This document shows, one piece after another, positions 10,507 to 23,061 of a stretch of 64,000 nucleotides of DNA (the stretch's first letter is position 1; each line of letters starts with the position of its first letter). Made by a program: the position numbers and the translations under genes. This stretch comes from TPA_inf: Saccharomyces (lineage: Eukaryota). The notes beneath the pieces are model-generated. The model was not told where the DNA came from. It saw only the letters and a program-made list of their open reading frames with translations, and searched no databases. The stretch covers positions 608,001-672,000 of the forward strand of contig BK006947.3 in assembly GCA_000146045.2 (NCBI GenBank), read 5' to 3'.

Positions 10507-11565
10507 TTAAAAATTTTCATCTATAGCACGTTTTTGAGCGTCGTTTAGTGATATTGGATAGTCCACTTTATATTTTACAATCAAATTACCTCTCTGAGAT
10601 GGGTTCTTTGGAGTTGGCATACCTTGACCAGGATAAGTAGAAGTTTGTGAGGGTTGGACAGGCTGTACTCTCGACAAAGGTAAGGTTCTGCCATCAATTG
10701 TTTGGATAGTTTTTGAAAAACCTAACAATGATTCCTTGAAAGATAGTGGCAGAGTGTAAATTAGGTCATCACCGTCTCTTTTAAAGTTTGGATGGCTCTT
10801 TTCCTGGATGACAAACTGCAAAGTCTTTCTACGGCCCGTTTGAGGATTGTAATCACCCTGGTTCTTGTATGTTATTTTGGTACCAGCTTTCCAACCCGGT
10901 TTTAATTGAATGTCAATTTGTGTCTTTTCAGAGGCCCCATGTGGGCCCTTTCTTCCAATTTTAAATGACTTCTTTTTACCAACAAACAAATCTTCTAGAC
11001 TAACTGGTAAATTAACTTGAACTGTTTCTTCCTCTGGATACGTGGGAGAGCTTGATGCTGATCTAAAGCCGCCAGGCATACCTCCCATGCCGCCATGCAT
11101 TCCTCCCATTCCTCCAGGCATACCTCCCATACCAGCACCGCCGCCAGATGGATAACTAGAGAAACTGAAGCCACTGTCATCAGCACCACCGAATGGGGAA
11201 CTGCCGCCAAAGAATTGTGAAAAAATATTGAAAGCATCCTCATTACTGAACGCATGTCCTCCGGAGAATCCGCCCGCACCGCCAGGGAAGCCTCCAGCAC
11301 CTCCAGCACCGCCAGGACCACCAGGACCAAAGCTTGGACCACCAGATCTAGCAGCCTCGAGACCGTATTGATCATATATTTCCCTTTTTTGAGGATCATT
11401 TAAAATTTCAAAGGCCTCTGATATCTCCTTAAACTTTTCTGTGTCACCTGTTGGCTTATCTGGATGATATTTTAGAGCTGCTTTTCTATAACCCTTTTTC
11501 AGTTCTTGCTCATTAGCACTTGGAGATACTCCAAGTAAATCATAAAGTTTTGTCTCCTTGACCAT
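10507..11565 (-). CDS. SIS1: Type II Hsp40 (DnaJ) co-chaperone, 352 aa
   Basis: J domain with HPD (YHPDKP), then G/F-rich and G/M-rich low-complexity regions, then a C-terminal peptide-binding domain. Confidence 0.95.
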   Translation of the reverse strand: MVKETKLYDLLGVSPSANEQELKKGYRKAALKYHPDKPTGDTEKFKEISEAFEILNDPQKREIYDQYGLEAARSGGPSFGPGGPGGAGGAGGFPGGAGGFSGGHAFSNEDAFNIFSQFFGGSSPFGGADDSGFSFSSYPSGGGAGMGGMPGGMGGMHGGMGGMPGGFRSASSSPTYPEEETVQVNLPVSLEDLFVGKKKSFKIGRKGPHGASEKTQIDIQLKPGWKAGTKITYKNQGDYNPQTGRRKTLQFVIQEKSHPNFKRDGDDLIYTLPLSFKESLLGFSKTIQTIDGRTLPLSRVQPVQPSQTSTYPGQGMPTPKNPSQRGNLIVKYKVDYPISLNDAQKRAIDENF

Positions 11566-11887
11566 TATTAGTTCTGTATACTATACTCTATTATATTGAT
11601 GTGAATGTATTAAAAAAAAAATCTTAAAATGCAAACAACTTATCCTTTATCCTCTGAAGAGTTTCTGGATGGTTATACAATTCTAAGTCGTTAAAAGAAT
11701 TCGTGTAAGAGCTTAAATAATATTAATTAGAATTTTTGACAAGAAAGCGCATAAGTTTAAAAAGGGATTAACAATACGGTAAAGGGACGAGAAATCTATA
11801 CAATATATATTAAATCTCGAACTACCTTGGCAAGGAGTTTGTGCTGACAGTGGTTGAAAAACCCGTAAAAGGATATCCCATTCTTTT

Positions 11888-11910
11888 TCCAGAAGTTTCT
11901 GGAACGTTCA
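11888..11910 (+). promoter_or_regulatory. Heat-shock element: five contiguous alternating units TTCcaGAAgtTTCtgGAAcgTTC
   Basis: Perfect nTTCnnGAAn array ~325-345 bp upstream of the SIS1 ATG, in the divergent SIS1/LST8 intergenic. SIS1 is a known Hsf1 target. Confidence 0.7.
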
Positions 11911-12066
11911 TATAAACCAAAGAGGGTAACACAATACGTTAAGATTCAGAAAAGTAACGACTAGCTATTACTGATCATGTTATAGAAGAGTGCGACAACC
12001 ATATATTATTAGCGCAGCGATCAACGTGGCAGTCTTGTCATCCATATAAAAAAGGAGTTCTGATTG

Positions 12067-12978
12067 ATGTCTGTTATCTTAGTATCTGCTGGCTATGACC
12101 ACACAATAAGATTTTGGGAGGCTCTTACTGGGGTTTGTTCAAGAACAATTCAGCATTCCGACTCACAGGTTAATCGCTTAGAAATCACCAACGATAAAAA
12201 GTTGTTGGCAACAGCAGGCCATCAAAACGTACGGCTTTATGACATTCGGACGACAAATCCCAATCCAGTAGCATCCTTTGAGGGTCATCGGGGAAACGTT
12301 ACCTCCGTTTCTTTTCAACAGGACAACAGATGGATGGTGACCTCTAGCGAAGATGGGACCATTAAAGTTTGGGATGTGCGTTCTCCGTCCATTCCTAGAA
12401 ATTACAAACATAACGCACCAGTAAATGAAGTCGTAATTCATCCTAACCAAGGCGAGTTGATATCTTGTGATAGAGATGGTAATATAAGAATTTGGGACTT
12501 AGGAGAAAATCAGTGTACCCATCAATTGACACCTGAGGACGATACCTCTCTCCAGTCTTTATCTATGGCAAGTGATGGTTCGATGTTAGCGGCAGCAAAT
12601 ACTAAAGGTAATTGTTACGTATGGGAAATGCCAAATCATACTGACGCATCCCATCTAAAACCGGTAACAAAATTCAGAGCGCACTCCACATATATAACTA
12701 GAATTCTACTATCATCTGATGTAAAACATTTGGCAACATGTTCAGCGGATCACACTGCTCGTGTGTGGTCGATTGATGATGATTTTAAGCTAGAAACGAC
12801 ATTGGATGGCCACCAAAGGTGGGTTTGGGATTGCGCATTTAGTGCTGACAGTGCGTATCTAGTAACGGCATCGTCCGATCATTACGTGAGATTATGGGAT
12901 TTATCAACTAGAGAAATTGTCAGACAGTACGGTGGACACCACAAGGGAGCTGTATGTGTCGCATTAAACGATGTATAG
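12067..12978 (+). CDS. LST8: WD40-repeat TORC1/TORC2 subunit, 303 aa
   Basis: First ATG at 12067 (MSVILVSAGYDHTIRFWEALTGV). The track start 12064 is TTG. Seven WD repeats. Confidence 0.92.
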   Translation: MSVILVSAGYDHTIRFWEALTGVCSRTIQHSDSQVNRLEITNDKKLLATAGHQNVRLYDIRTTNPNPVASFEGHRGNVTSVSFQQDNRWMVTSSEDGTIKVWDVRSPSIPRNYKHNAPVNEVVIHPNQGELISCDRDGNIRIWDLGENQCTHQLTPEDDTSLQSLSMASDGSMLAAANTKGNCYVWEMPNHTDASHLKPVTKFRAHSTYITRILLSSDVKHLATCSADHTARVWSIDDDFKLETTLDGHQRWVWDCAFSADSAYLVTASSDHYVRLWDLSTREIVRQYGGHHKGAVCVALNDV

Positions 12979-13312
12979 TTTACAATTTATCAACTACCAA
13001 GCTTGAAGGACCGAAGTGACAAAAAACATTATGATTTTCAGTGTTTGCTTATCCGCCTTTTTGTAAATATAGATTTTACTATCCTGTGCATTTTAGTTAA
13101 TTGATTGTTCACAAAATGAAAGCAATCGCGATGCATATCATCAATGAAAGGAAGACGAGAATGTACAGTATAAACATATTCCCTTGCATGTAGCACTAAA
13201 TTTTAAGTTTCGTGTAGACGAAAGGTTTAGCTACTTGCGCGACAAAATAGTAATATTTACAGGCATTCTTAAACATTTTATATGTGTACATACTGTGCGT
13301 AAGGAAAGAAAA

Positions 13313-14437
<1,125 letters not shown>

Positions 14438-14914
14438 TTAGGTTAAGCTTGAAATATTATGACCACCCAAACTGGCGAGTTTTATTTTTACAATGAGCCA
14501 ACTTCATTCTTCAGTGAACTATCTTGAATGAGTCTCCAAAGAAAGAGCTTTAAAATTCAATAGCGGAACGTCAGATATCGAAACACCCAGTCATAACAGC
14601 CAAATTTGCATAATTGGTATAAAAACAGTGTGTATAACATTACAGAGAAGCCGTTGTGTGAAAATCTTTTTAGTACCTATTCAACCAAACAATTGAACTT
14701 GAACACCAAACTCTAGCCATCCTTATCCTCTTCTGGTCACTACATATACCTCAATTTACGTCTTTCCTTGGGTCGTTTCAAATGACTCTCTTTGTTTAGC
14801 GAGGGAAATGAAAAAGTAGAGTACTGGCTGAAAAATTTCATAATTATGTTTGCTCATGAGTTCGAAAACAGTTTGAATGAGCAGATAGAACGCCAAATAT
14901 TAAGTTAACAGGAT

Positions 14915-16621
14915 ATGTCTGATCAAGAACGAGGTTCAGAAAACGTATGTTTCATTGATAAGGGAGGTGAAGAAAAGTTTGTAAAATGAGACTTTATGAG
15001 GTCATTGGAATTAAATAGACATCAACGAATGGTGAGTCACCATTTAATGCTGCCTTCAAAACGCTTGCTTCAATGTGATTCCACTGGTTAAAGGGGGTTT
15101 TTTGAATGCATTGCTAATGTTTATCTACTGGCTATGAAAGTGAGAATATCAATTATAAATAAAACCCTGATTTTCTACCTGCCATGCTATAATGTACAGT
15201 TTATTCCAACTTTGAAACGCAATGACTTATTGGTCTCTCTCATTATGAAATTTAGTTACTTTTACTAATGTTATTCATTGTTGTAGAATAATCGAAGTAG
15301 ATCGAGGTCGAGATCACCTGTTCGTCGTCGGATGAGTGATGATCATGGTTATGAAAGAGACAACCATTTGTCCCGGAGGTCAGGTAATTATAACGGTAGG
15401 CGTAAGTTCGCAGATACGTACAGAGGAAGCAGAGATAGAGGAGAATATAGAGGAGGTAGAGAAAGGTCTGATTACAGAGAAAGAGAAAGGTTCAATAACA
15501 GAGATAATCCTAGATCTAGAGACCGTTACGATGATAGGCGCAGAGGAAGAGATGTGACTGGTCGTTATGGGAACAGACGTGATGACTATCCTAGAAGCTT
15601 TAGGAGTAGACACAATACACGTGATGACAGTAGGAGAGGCGGTTTTGGTAGTAGTGGAGCAAGAGGTGATTACGGTCCTTTGTTGGCACGTGAATTGGAT
15701 AGTACATACGAAGAAAAGGTCAATAGAAACTATTCCAATAGTATATTCGTGGGTAATTTAACATATGACAGCACCCCCGAAGATCTCACTGAGTTTTTTT
15801 CACAGATAGGAAAAGTAGTCCGCGCGGATATAATTACATCAAGAGGGCACCACAGAGGTATGGGTACAGTAGAGTTCACTAATTCGGATGATGTTGACAG
15901 GGCCATCCGCCAGTACGATGGGGCCTTCTTCATGGATCGTAAAATCTTCGTCAGGCAAGATAATCCACCACCGTCAAACAATATCAAGGAAAGGAAAGCA
16001 CTCGATAGAGGAGAGCTTAGACATAACCGAAAAACACATGAAGTTATTGTAAAAAATTTACCTGCTTCCGTTAATTGGCAGGCTTTGAAAGACATATTCA
16101 AGGAATGTGGGAATGTCGCACACGCTGATGTGGAATTGGATGGCGATGGAGTATCCACTGGATCTGGTACGGTGTCCTTTTATGATATTAAAGATCTGCA
16201 TAGAGCGATTGAGAAATACAACGGTTATAGTATAGAGGGTAACGTCTTGGATGTCAAGTCTAAGGAAAGCGTACATAACCACAGTGATGGAGACGATGTT
16301 GATATCCCAATGGATGATTCTCCCGTTAACGAAGAAGCTCGAAAATTTACCGAAAACGTTGTCGGTGGAGGTGAAAGAAATAGACTCATATATTGCAGTA
16401 ATTTGCCATTTTCAACTGCAAAAAGTGATCTTTACGACCTTTTCGAGACAATCGGAAAGGTTAACAATGCTGAATTAAGGTATGATTCCAAAGGGGCACC
16501 AACTGGAATAGCTGTCGTTGAATACGATAACGTCGATGATGCAGATGTTTGTATTGAAAGATTGAATAATTATAACTATGGGGGTTGTGATTTGGATATA
16601 TCGTACGCTAAACGCCTCTAG
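14915..16621 (+). CDS. HRB1: Poly(A)+ RNA-binding SR-like protein with three RRMs; spliced CDS join(14915..14944,15287..16621), 454 aa
   Basis: Exon 1 MSDQERGSEN is followed by GTATGT. Exon 2 starts after TTGTAG at 15287 (NNRSRSRSRSPVRRRMSDDH...), in frame with the track ORF (ATG 15332). RS/RD/RG/RE repeat N-terminus, then RRMs. Confidence 0.85.
14945..15286 (+). other. HRB1: Spliceosomal intron of HRB1 (342 nt): 5'ss GTATGT, branch-like TACTAAT at 15263-15269, 3'ss TAG
   Basis: Seen directly. First exon is only 10 codons. As read, the branch sequence is one mismatch from TACTAAC. Confidence 0.75.
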
Positions 16622-16974
16622 AACTACTCTCGATCTATATACTTTCTCACCTATTGGATCTGCGACAAGTATTTATTCATTCTTGACTTATTTCCAGGCT
16701 TTTTAACTTTATAATGTCATTGTGTATACGTATAATCTGAAAAAATTTCGAAGACTTTGAAGAAGACTGTGAAAAGAGTCTGATTTTTCCAATACAGTGA
16801 AAATGGGTTTAACAAATATCCAAAAAAGTACTTTGAACAGATATCGTAAATAGACGACTTTTTTATATGAATAACAAAAAATAAACAACAGACAAGAGGC
16901 CTCAGAAGGCTTACGTAAAGTACGTAAACGATCTACCTCTTACAACTGGTAGTTGCTTTTGCTCTATGTTTTCA

Positions 16975-17829
16975 TTACGCTCTCATTTCTCCAGCCGTTG
17001 GGAAACTTTTCGATAATAACGAATGAACAGTTTCATACATGCCTAGGAAGATAGCACCACCTGCACTGATCCACATTGTCCGGGGCCCCACTCCACTGAA
17101 AAATACAGCAGGACCTTCCTCTCTGTAAATCCTAATAATAACGCTTCCAAGTGAGGCGGTTGTTTTGTTGAGCATTAATCTGGTTTTCAAGAAATCTAAT
17201 GGTGTCGTTGTAGCTGCTGCGATCCCACCCGCAATAGAACCGCAGATAGCCCCTTTCCATGGCTCCACTTGACTTTGGCCATTGGCTTTTGCCCAAGTCT
17301 TTTTTAGATACTCGTATAAAGGAAACTGTATACAAGTAAACGGTATTTCTCTCATAATGGTGGTAGACCACCCTCTATAAAGATTTTTCCTTAAACCTTC
17401 CTTATTGTCATTTCGTAGAATTGACTGTAAAGTCTGCCAGGAAGAATTGGTAGAGTGAACTTGCGTCCTTTGCTTAACGACTTCTGCGGGAACTCGAACA
17501 AGACAAGCACAAATTTCACCAATGGAAGAGGAAAGCATGTGCGTTGTCGTATCAATCAATTGCTCAGATCCCTGTGAGTAAAGTTTGCTGATATATGGCC
17601 TTGATTTTACTTTCATATAATCATAACTAATAAAGAAAAGTGAAGCACCTGGCGCCGATGCTACAACAGCGCTTCCCAAACCACGATATATGCCTTTGTA
17701 TCCTCCATTAGCAAAGAATCCACCCTTAGCTTGAAGCCTGGTTTTAATTGTGTCTATAGGGAAAAAAACCAAATCCGTAGAGGTACCAGCAGCGGCGCCA
17801 CTTAGCAAGGAAAGAAAAAAAGTATTCAT
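16975..17829 (-). CDS. PET8: Mitochondrial carrier family protein (S-adenosylmethionine transporter), 284 aa
   Basis: Three mitochondrial-carrier repeats (PIDTIKTRLQ, PAEVVKQRTQ, PLDFLKTRLM). Confidence 0.9.
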   Translation of the reverse strand: MNTFFLSLLSGAAAGTSTDLVFFPIDTIKTRLQAKGGFFANGGYKGIYRGLGSAVVASAPGASLFFISYDYMKVKSRPYISKLYSQGSEQLIDTTTHMLSSSIGEICACLVRVPAEVVKQRTQVHSTNSSWQTLQSILRNDNKEGLRKNLYRGWSTTIMREIPFTCIQFPLYEYLKKTWAKANGQSQVEPWKGAICGSIAGGIAAATTTPLDFLKTRLMLNKTTASLGSVIIRIYREEGPAVFFSGVGPRTMWISAGGAIFLGMYETVHSLLSKSFPTAGEMRA

Positions 17830-18173
17830 AGCAAACTTTTCAAAGCGAATTTTAGTTCATCGGTGTGTCTAAACATATAAAATCGCCAAACAATTTACAA
17901 CAAGTGGAGCTTTAATGATCTCATATATTCTCGAGGGTGCACCCCACTGCAAATGTATTTATATACAAAACAGCGCTCAGTAAGCGAGGAAAAAAAGAGG
18001 CGCCCGTGCTTTTGCCGATACATAAACTAAAAACCAATAAACTTGCCAAAATACGTATATTCTTCAATCCATGAGGCACCACTAATTATATGCAAAAGCT
18101 CAATATCTGCTCCTTCAATGGCATTAGATAACTAACAACCTATGTACTATACAATTTTAAAATACTCTCTTAA

Positions 18174-19142
18174 TTAATTCAACTTGGCTAATAAAGAGTC
18201 AATGTCAACTTCGATAACTGGTGCTGTAGCTGCATTTGAAAATTGACGAGTTCTTGATTCAGCCTCCCGCTGTTTTATTTTCCTTAGCCTATTCAAAGAA
18301 CCAAATCCAGATACTTCTCTATTCAACTTGAATGGTTGTAAGAAGAAGTTACAAACAGAAAAAGACTCACCCATAGTGGCAATCTCATGAATAATATCTT
18401 CAACACAAATTATTCCATGATCTCCTAATTGCTCCTCGACAATATTGTTGTCATTAAGAACTATTTCGTGAGGTTCAGCCTCATTCTCACCCTTATAGAT
18501 TATTCTACCTCTCTTTTGAATCAAGGAACGGATAGAAGATAAAGAAGGCTTGCCAATCACTACGTATGGCGCAATAACCTTGAGCAACGGATATACGTTT
18601 TTGGTCAATTTGACGAAAACACCAGTATTAGTTTCAACTAATCTTAGCAAAGACAAAATCTTAAATGCTTTGTTTGGAATATTTACAGCAAGCGGACCTC
18701 TTACTCTGACAATGAAAAGTAAAGCAGGTTTGCCATCGTAAGTAGTCTTTTCTCTGATTAAACCATCGTCTTCTTCTTCTTCAGTCTCCTCCAAGTCGAC
18801 AGAGTTCTCTTCGGCGCCATTAGCTTTTTCTGTTATTTTCAGAATAAAATCTTTCCCAGATGCAATATGCTGCGTTTCATTCTTTGCCTTCTTATCTTCT
18901 AATATAGACACTCTTTTAATTCTTTCCTTTTCCCTAGAGGTAGCCAAAGTCTTTGCAACTATACTTTCAGCTCTGACAAATTTGTTCTTATTACTTCTCT
19001 TTTTTTTGATTTGTTCTTCCCTCTTTTTCTTAGCTAATTCTTGTCTTTCGATTCTAGTTCTATCAGCATTTCTTCTTTTCCTCAAAAGAATTTCTGGATT
19101 AGAATTAAGAGTTTGCGCTTTACTGTCTTGAGTTGAAGACAT
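18174..19142 (-). CDS. RLP7: Nucleolar uL30/L7-like ribosome biogenesis factor, 322 aa
   Basis: Lys/Arg-rich N-terminus, acidic stretch, uL30-like C-terminal domain. Confidence 0.88.
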
Positions 19143-19236
19143 TGTGACTTGTATATCTTATTCTTTTTCCCTGTGGCAGCCTCTTCTTTCTAGGAACTTA
19201 ATAACGAAAGTACCAAACAACTTAGACTTTTCTCAT

Positions 19237-19244
19237 CTCATCGC
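19237..19244 (+). promoter_or_regulatory. PAC motif (CTCATCGC = reverse complement of GCGATGAG) ~100 bp upstream of RLP7
   Basis: Exact PAC octamer, characteristic of the ribosome-biogenesis regulon. Paired with the RRPE 30 bp away. Confidence 0.6.
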
Positions 19245-19272
19245 TTCCCAGCTTTTTTTAAGCAGAGCTGAA

Positions 19273-19281
19273 AAAAATTTT
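19273..19281 (+). promoter_or_regulatory. RRPE motif AAAAATTTT upstream of RLP7
   Basis: Exact RRPE. The PAC+RRPE pair is typical of Ribi-regulon promoters. Confidence 0.6.
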
Positions 19282-19455
19282 CTTTTTACCAAAAATCCGT
19301 ACTGCGTGATGAAAGTGTACATACATTATTCAATATTCACCTAGTTTTGTATATTAATGTAAAATGTAATTTAATGAAGATCCCAAAAAATTAAGCATTC
19401 GTTGCTGCATCGTTGTCATTTTGTTCAATTATCGCATTCCTATCATAGCAAAAAT

Positions 19456-20616
19456 ATGAAGGTTATTAGTCTGAAAAAGGATTCTTTTAACAAAGGAGGA
19501 GCAGTGATTACTCTTTTACCGGAGGACAAGGAAGATCTGTTTACTGTTTATCAAATAGTAGACAAAGATGACGAGTTGATATTCAAGAAAAAATTCACCT
19601 CTAAACTTGATGAAGCTGGTAAGAAAAAAAGTACAGATTTGGTCAAGTTGAAGATTAAAGTAATATCCGAGGATTTTGATATGAAGGATGAATATTTGAA
19701 ATATAAAGGTGTTACTGTTACAGATGAAAGTGGAGCTAGTAATGTTGACATACCTGTCGGCAAATATTTGAGCTTTACCCTTGACTACGTGTATCCCTTT
19801 ACTATCATAAAACAAAACTTTAATAAATTCATGCAAAAGCTCTTAAATGAAGCCTGTAATATCGAGTATAAATCAGACACCGCGGCGGTCGTTTTACAGG
19901 AAGGGATCGCCCATGTTTGTTTAGTGACATCCTCCTCTACTATTTTAAAACAAAAAATTGAATATAGTATGCCAAAAAAGAAAAGGACTACTGATGTACT
20001 GAAGTTTGATGAAAAAACTGAGAAATTTTATAAAGCAATTTACAGTGCAATGAAGAAAGATTTGAATTTTGATAAATTAAAGACTATTATTCTTTGCTCT
20101 CCAGGTTTCTACGCTAAGATATTAATGGACAAAATTTTCCAGTATGCCGAAGAGGAACACAATAAGAAAATACTCGATAACAAAGGAATGTTCTTTATAG
20201 CCCACTGCTCCACGGGCTACTTACAGGGCATTAATGAAGTTTTGAAAAATCCACTATATGCTTCAAAGCTGCAAGATACTAAATACTCCAAAGAAATCAT
20301 GGTGATGGATGAATTTTTGTTGCATTTAAACAAGGATGATGATAAAGCTTGGTATGGTGAAAAAGAGGTAGTTAAAGCGGCTGAGTATGGCGCAATTAGT
20401 TATTTACTGTTAACAGATAAAGTTTTGCATTCAGACAATATTGCACAAAGAGAGGAATATTTGAAACTGATGGACTCCGTAGAGAGCAATGGAGGAAAAG
20501 CATTGGTATTAAGTACTTTGCATTCTCTTGGAGAAGAACTTGATCAATTGACGGGTATAGCCTGTATTCTAAAATACCCGCTCCCCGATCTTGATGAAGA
20601 CGATGGTGAGGAGTAG
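19456..20616 (+). CDS. DOM34: Pelota-like ribosome rescue / no-go decay factor, 386 aa
   Basis: First ATG at 19456 (MKVISLKKDSFNKGGAVITLLPEDKEDLF). The track ORF starts 18 codons upstream at a non-ATG. eRF1-like three-domain architecture. Confidence 0.92.
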   Translation: MKVISLKKDSFNKGGAVITLLPEDKEDLFTVYQIVDKDDELIFKKKFTSKLDEAGKKKSTDLVKLKIKVISEDFDMKDEYLKYKGVTVTDESGASNVDIPVGKYLSFTLDYVYPFTIIKQNFNKFMQKLLNEACNIEYKSDTAAVVLQEGIAHVCLVTSSSTILKQKIEYSMPKKKRTTDVLKFDEKTEKFYKAIYSAMKKDLNFDKLKTIILCSPGFYAKILMDKIFQYAEEEHNKKILDNKGMFFIAHCSTGYLQGINEVLKNPLYASKLQDTKYSKEIMVMDEFLLHLNKDDDKAWYGEKEVVKAAEYGAISYLLLTDKVLHSDNIAQREEYLKLMDSVESNGGKALVLSTLHSLGEELDQLTGIACILKYPLPDLDEDDGEE

Positions 20617-20757
20617 ATTTACTATGTAAGAAAAAAGTAATGTACACATAAAATTTGCAACCCTATAATAAATCGGATTATTCTCTTTACTTCTTCCCTA
20701 TAAGCAAGTAGATGTGAAGCCGCAATTAATTGAGTTGTTGTGAAATGGTTCTAGTTA

Positions 20758-20875
20758 GTCACGTGCAGCTTTTTAAAAATATTTTAAAACATTTTAAAAA
20801 ATATACATTTTTTTATTATTTTTTTATATATTAATGTTAAAATTTATTTATGTATTTGTCTTCCGAAAAGTAAAA
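20758..20875 (+). other. CEN14: Point centromere: CDEI GTCACGTG (20758-20765), 85-bp >90% A+T CDEII (20766-20850), CDEIII TGTATTTGTCTTCCGAAAAGTAAAA (20851-20875)
   Basis: All three elements have canonical sequence and spacing, including the central CCG of CDEIII. Located between DOM34 and CIT1. Confidence 0.92.
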
Positions 20876-21621
20876 TAACGTTCAAATTTGGTATTTAAGG
20901 ATATCTGCGTTTAGGCGCCTAGCAAAAAAATGCCGAACTAAGAAATTATATTAATGTGGTATAAGTTACTGTTTACTAAAAGTGCCCCAAACGGCGCTGG
21001 ACTGATAAGAATGAATACGGATTAGACAGCAGGTTTATGCTACCCTGCTCCTAGTTTTATGTGATTAAACTCAAAACCTTGCTGGTAGAAATATAAAACA
21101 CTGCTTTTAATTAGTATAAAAGTGACATTTATCTTGAGGTAAGAACAGAAGAAAAAAAGGAAAAAGAGAAAATTTTATGAGATTGCTTTTTTCACATGAC
21201 CATATTATATTCGCTTTATCAACTTTTTAGTGTATCTTCTACTCTAGGACAGATAAAGATGCATTAACCTTGTCATTTTGCTTCTTCTGCAGGTTCATAT
21301 ACATATAAACGTTAGTTACACCTTGACGTAGTATATCGACTACAGGCTAGATTTTACTGCTAAATCAGCGCGCCAGCCCACCACAATTCGATTTGAAAGC
21401 GCTTTGCAGGAATTTAAGAGCATTTTGTTTTCTATTCATTGATATCATTTGCCAAGTATATAACATAACCGGTAGGCATAGGGGACTCAAAGCGTAAAAA
21501 TCATGAAGTCATAGCCATTTCCTTATGTAATATATATTTATATAAATTATAAACTACTCATTCGTATATGAAAATACGTGTTTGAATAGTCGCATACCCT
21601 GAATCAAAAATCAAATTTTCC

Positions 21622-23061
21622 TTAGTTCTTACTTTCGATTTTCTTTACCAACTCCTTGTATTTTTCGGTGGAGAATGATTTTGGCCTTTCGATTGGAGCA
21701 CCAACAGCCCTATCGATGATTAATTGGGGTAACACACCAATAGCTCTGGCAACACCAAACAATACAGTGTAGAACGAAGCCTCAGTTAGACCATAGTATT
21801 GCAATAAAACACCGGAATGTGAATCAACATTTGGCCATGGGTTCTTAGTTTTACCATGCTTAGTTAAAACCCCTGGGGCAACTTCATAAATGGTGGAGAC
21901 CAACTTAAATAACTCGTAATCTGGGAAATGTTTCAATGCGAATTCACGTTGAGCCGTATAACGAGGATCAGTTTTTCTCAAAACCGCATGGCCATAACCA
22001 GGAACAACTCTCCCTGCGTTCAAAGTATCCCACAAGTACTTTTCAATTGTTTCTTTTGAATAGTCACCTTTCACTTCTTCTCTCAATTTAAATAGCCATT
22101 CTAAAACTTCTTGATTGGCACGACCATGTAATGGGCCAGCTAAACCATTCAAACCAGCGGCCAAAGATAAGTATGGCGAAGATAAGGCAGAACCCACTAA
22201 ATGTGTAGTATGGGCAGAAACGTTACCACCTTCATGATCAGAATGAATAGTTAAATATAGTCTCATTAAGTCAATAAAATCCTTGTTTTCGTAGCCCAAA
22301 AGTTGGGCCAAATTTTTACCATAGTCAGCATTAGGATCGGTTGAAGTAATTTTACCATCCTTGAACACATTACGATAAATTTTGGAAGCAATAACAGGTA
22401 ATTTACCCAGCAGATCTAACGAATCTTCAAATGTATAGCTCCAATATTCTTTCTTGGATACACCTTGAGCATATGCTTTGGCAAACTTAGACTCGCTTTC
22501 TAAAGCAGTCACGGCAATAGAAAATTGCGCCATTGGATGTAGATCTTTTGGGAGGCTATCTAAAAGTTGGATAACGTGCTCTGGAATTTCTGATCTGGCA
22601 GCTAAATCAGCAGAAAGGGCTTTAACTTGAGCGTCAGTAGGTATTTCACCAGTCAAAAGCAACCAAAATAAAGCTTCTGGCAAAGGTTCTGTACTACCCT
22701 CAGCCTTTGGTAGTTCCCTTTGAATTTCTGGAATAGTACGACCCCTAAATCTAATACCTTCTTCGGGGTCTAACACGGAACCTTCCCAAACAAGGCCTTT
22801 AATACCTCTCATACCACCATAAGCTTGCTCCAAAAGAACTTCACCAATAACGGTTTTACCGTGTTCTTTCTTGAATTTTTTAATTTCTTCTGCCTTTGCT
22901 GGGATAATTTCAGCAAATCTCTCCTTCAACGTTTGTTCGGAGGCGCTACTATAGTGGCGAGCATTCAATAGTGCAAAAAGAGCCTTTTGCATATTTTGAC
23001 ATTGTCTTGTGGAGCCCCTTGATAAGAAACTTTTGCTAGTTGTTGATAATATCGCTGACAT
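21622..23061 (-). CDS. CIT1: Mitochondrial citrate synthase, 479 aa
   Basis: Citrate synthase signatures ([13 protein letters not shown], catalytic His/Asp region) and an N-terminal mitochondrial presequence. Confidence 0.95.

Noticed and set aside
10995-11399. 134-aa minus-strand ORF in another frame inside SIS1
   Set aside because: Arises from the GC-rich, repetitive G/F and G/M codons of SIS1. The J-protein frame is clearly the real one.
19402-19455. N-terminal extensions proposed by the ORF track for DOM34 (also LST8 12064, CSE2 35639, PHO91 43724, TIM23 54889, ARE2 57273, ATP23 60249, SPO1 1899, HEF3 17)
   Set aside because: The track allows TTG/GTG/other near-cognate starts. In every case the first in-frame ATG reproduces the known protein N-terminus, so I trimmed the extensions.
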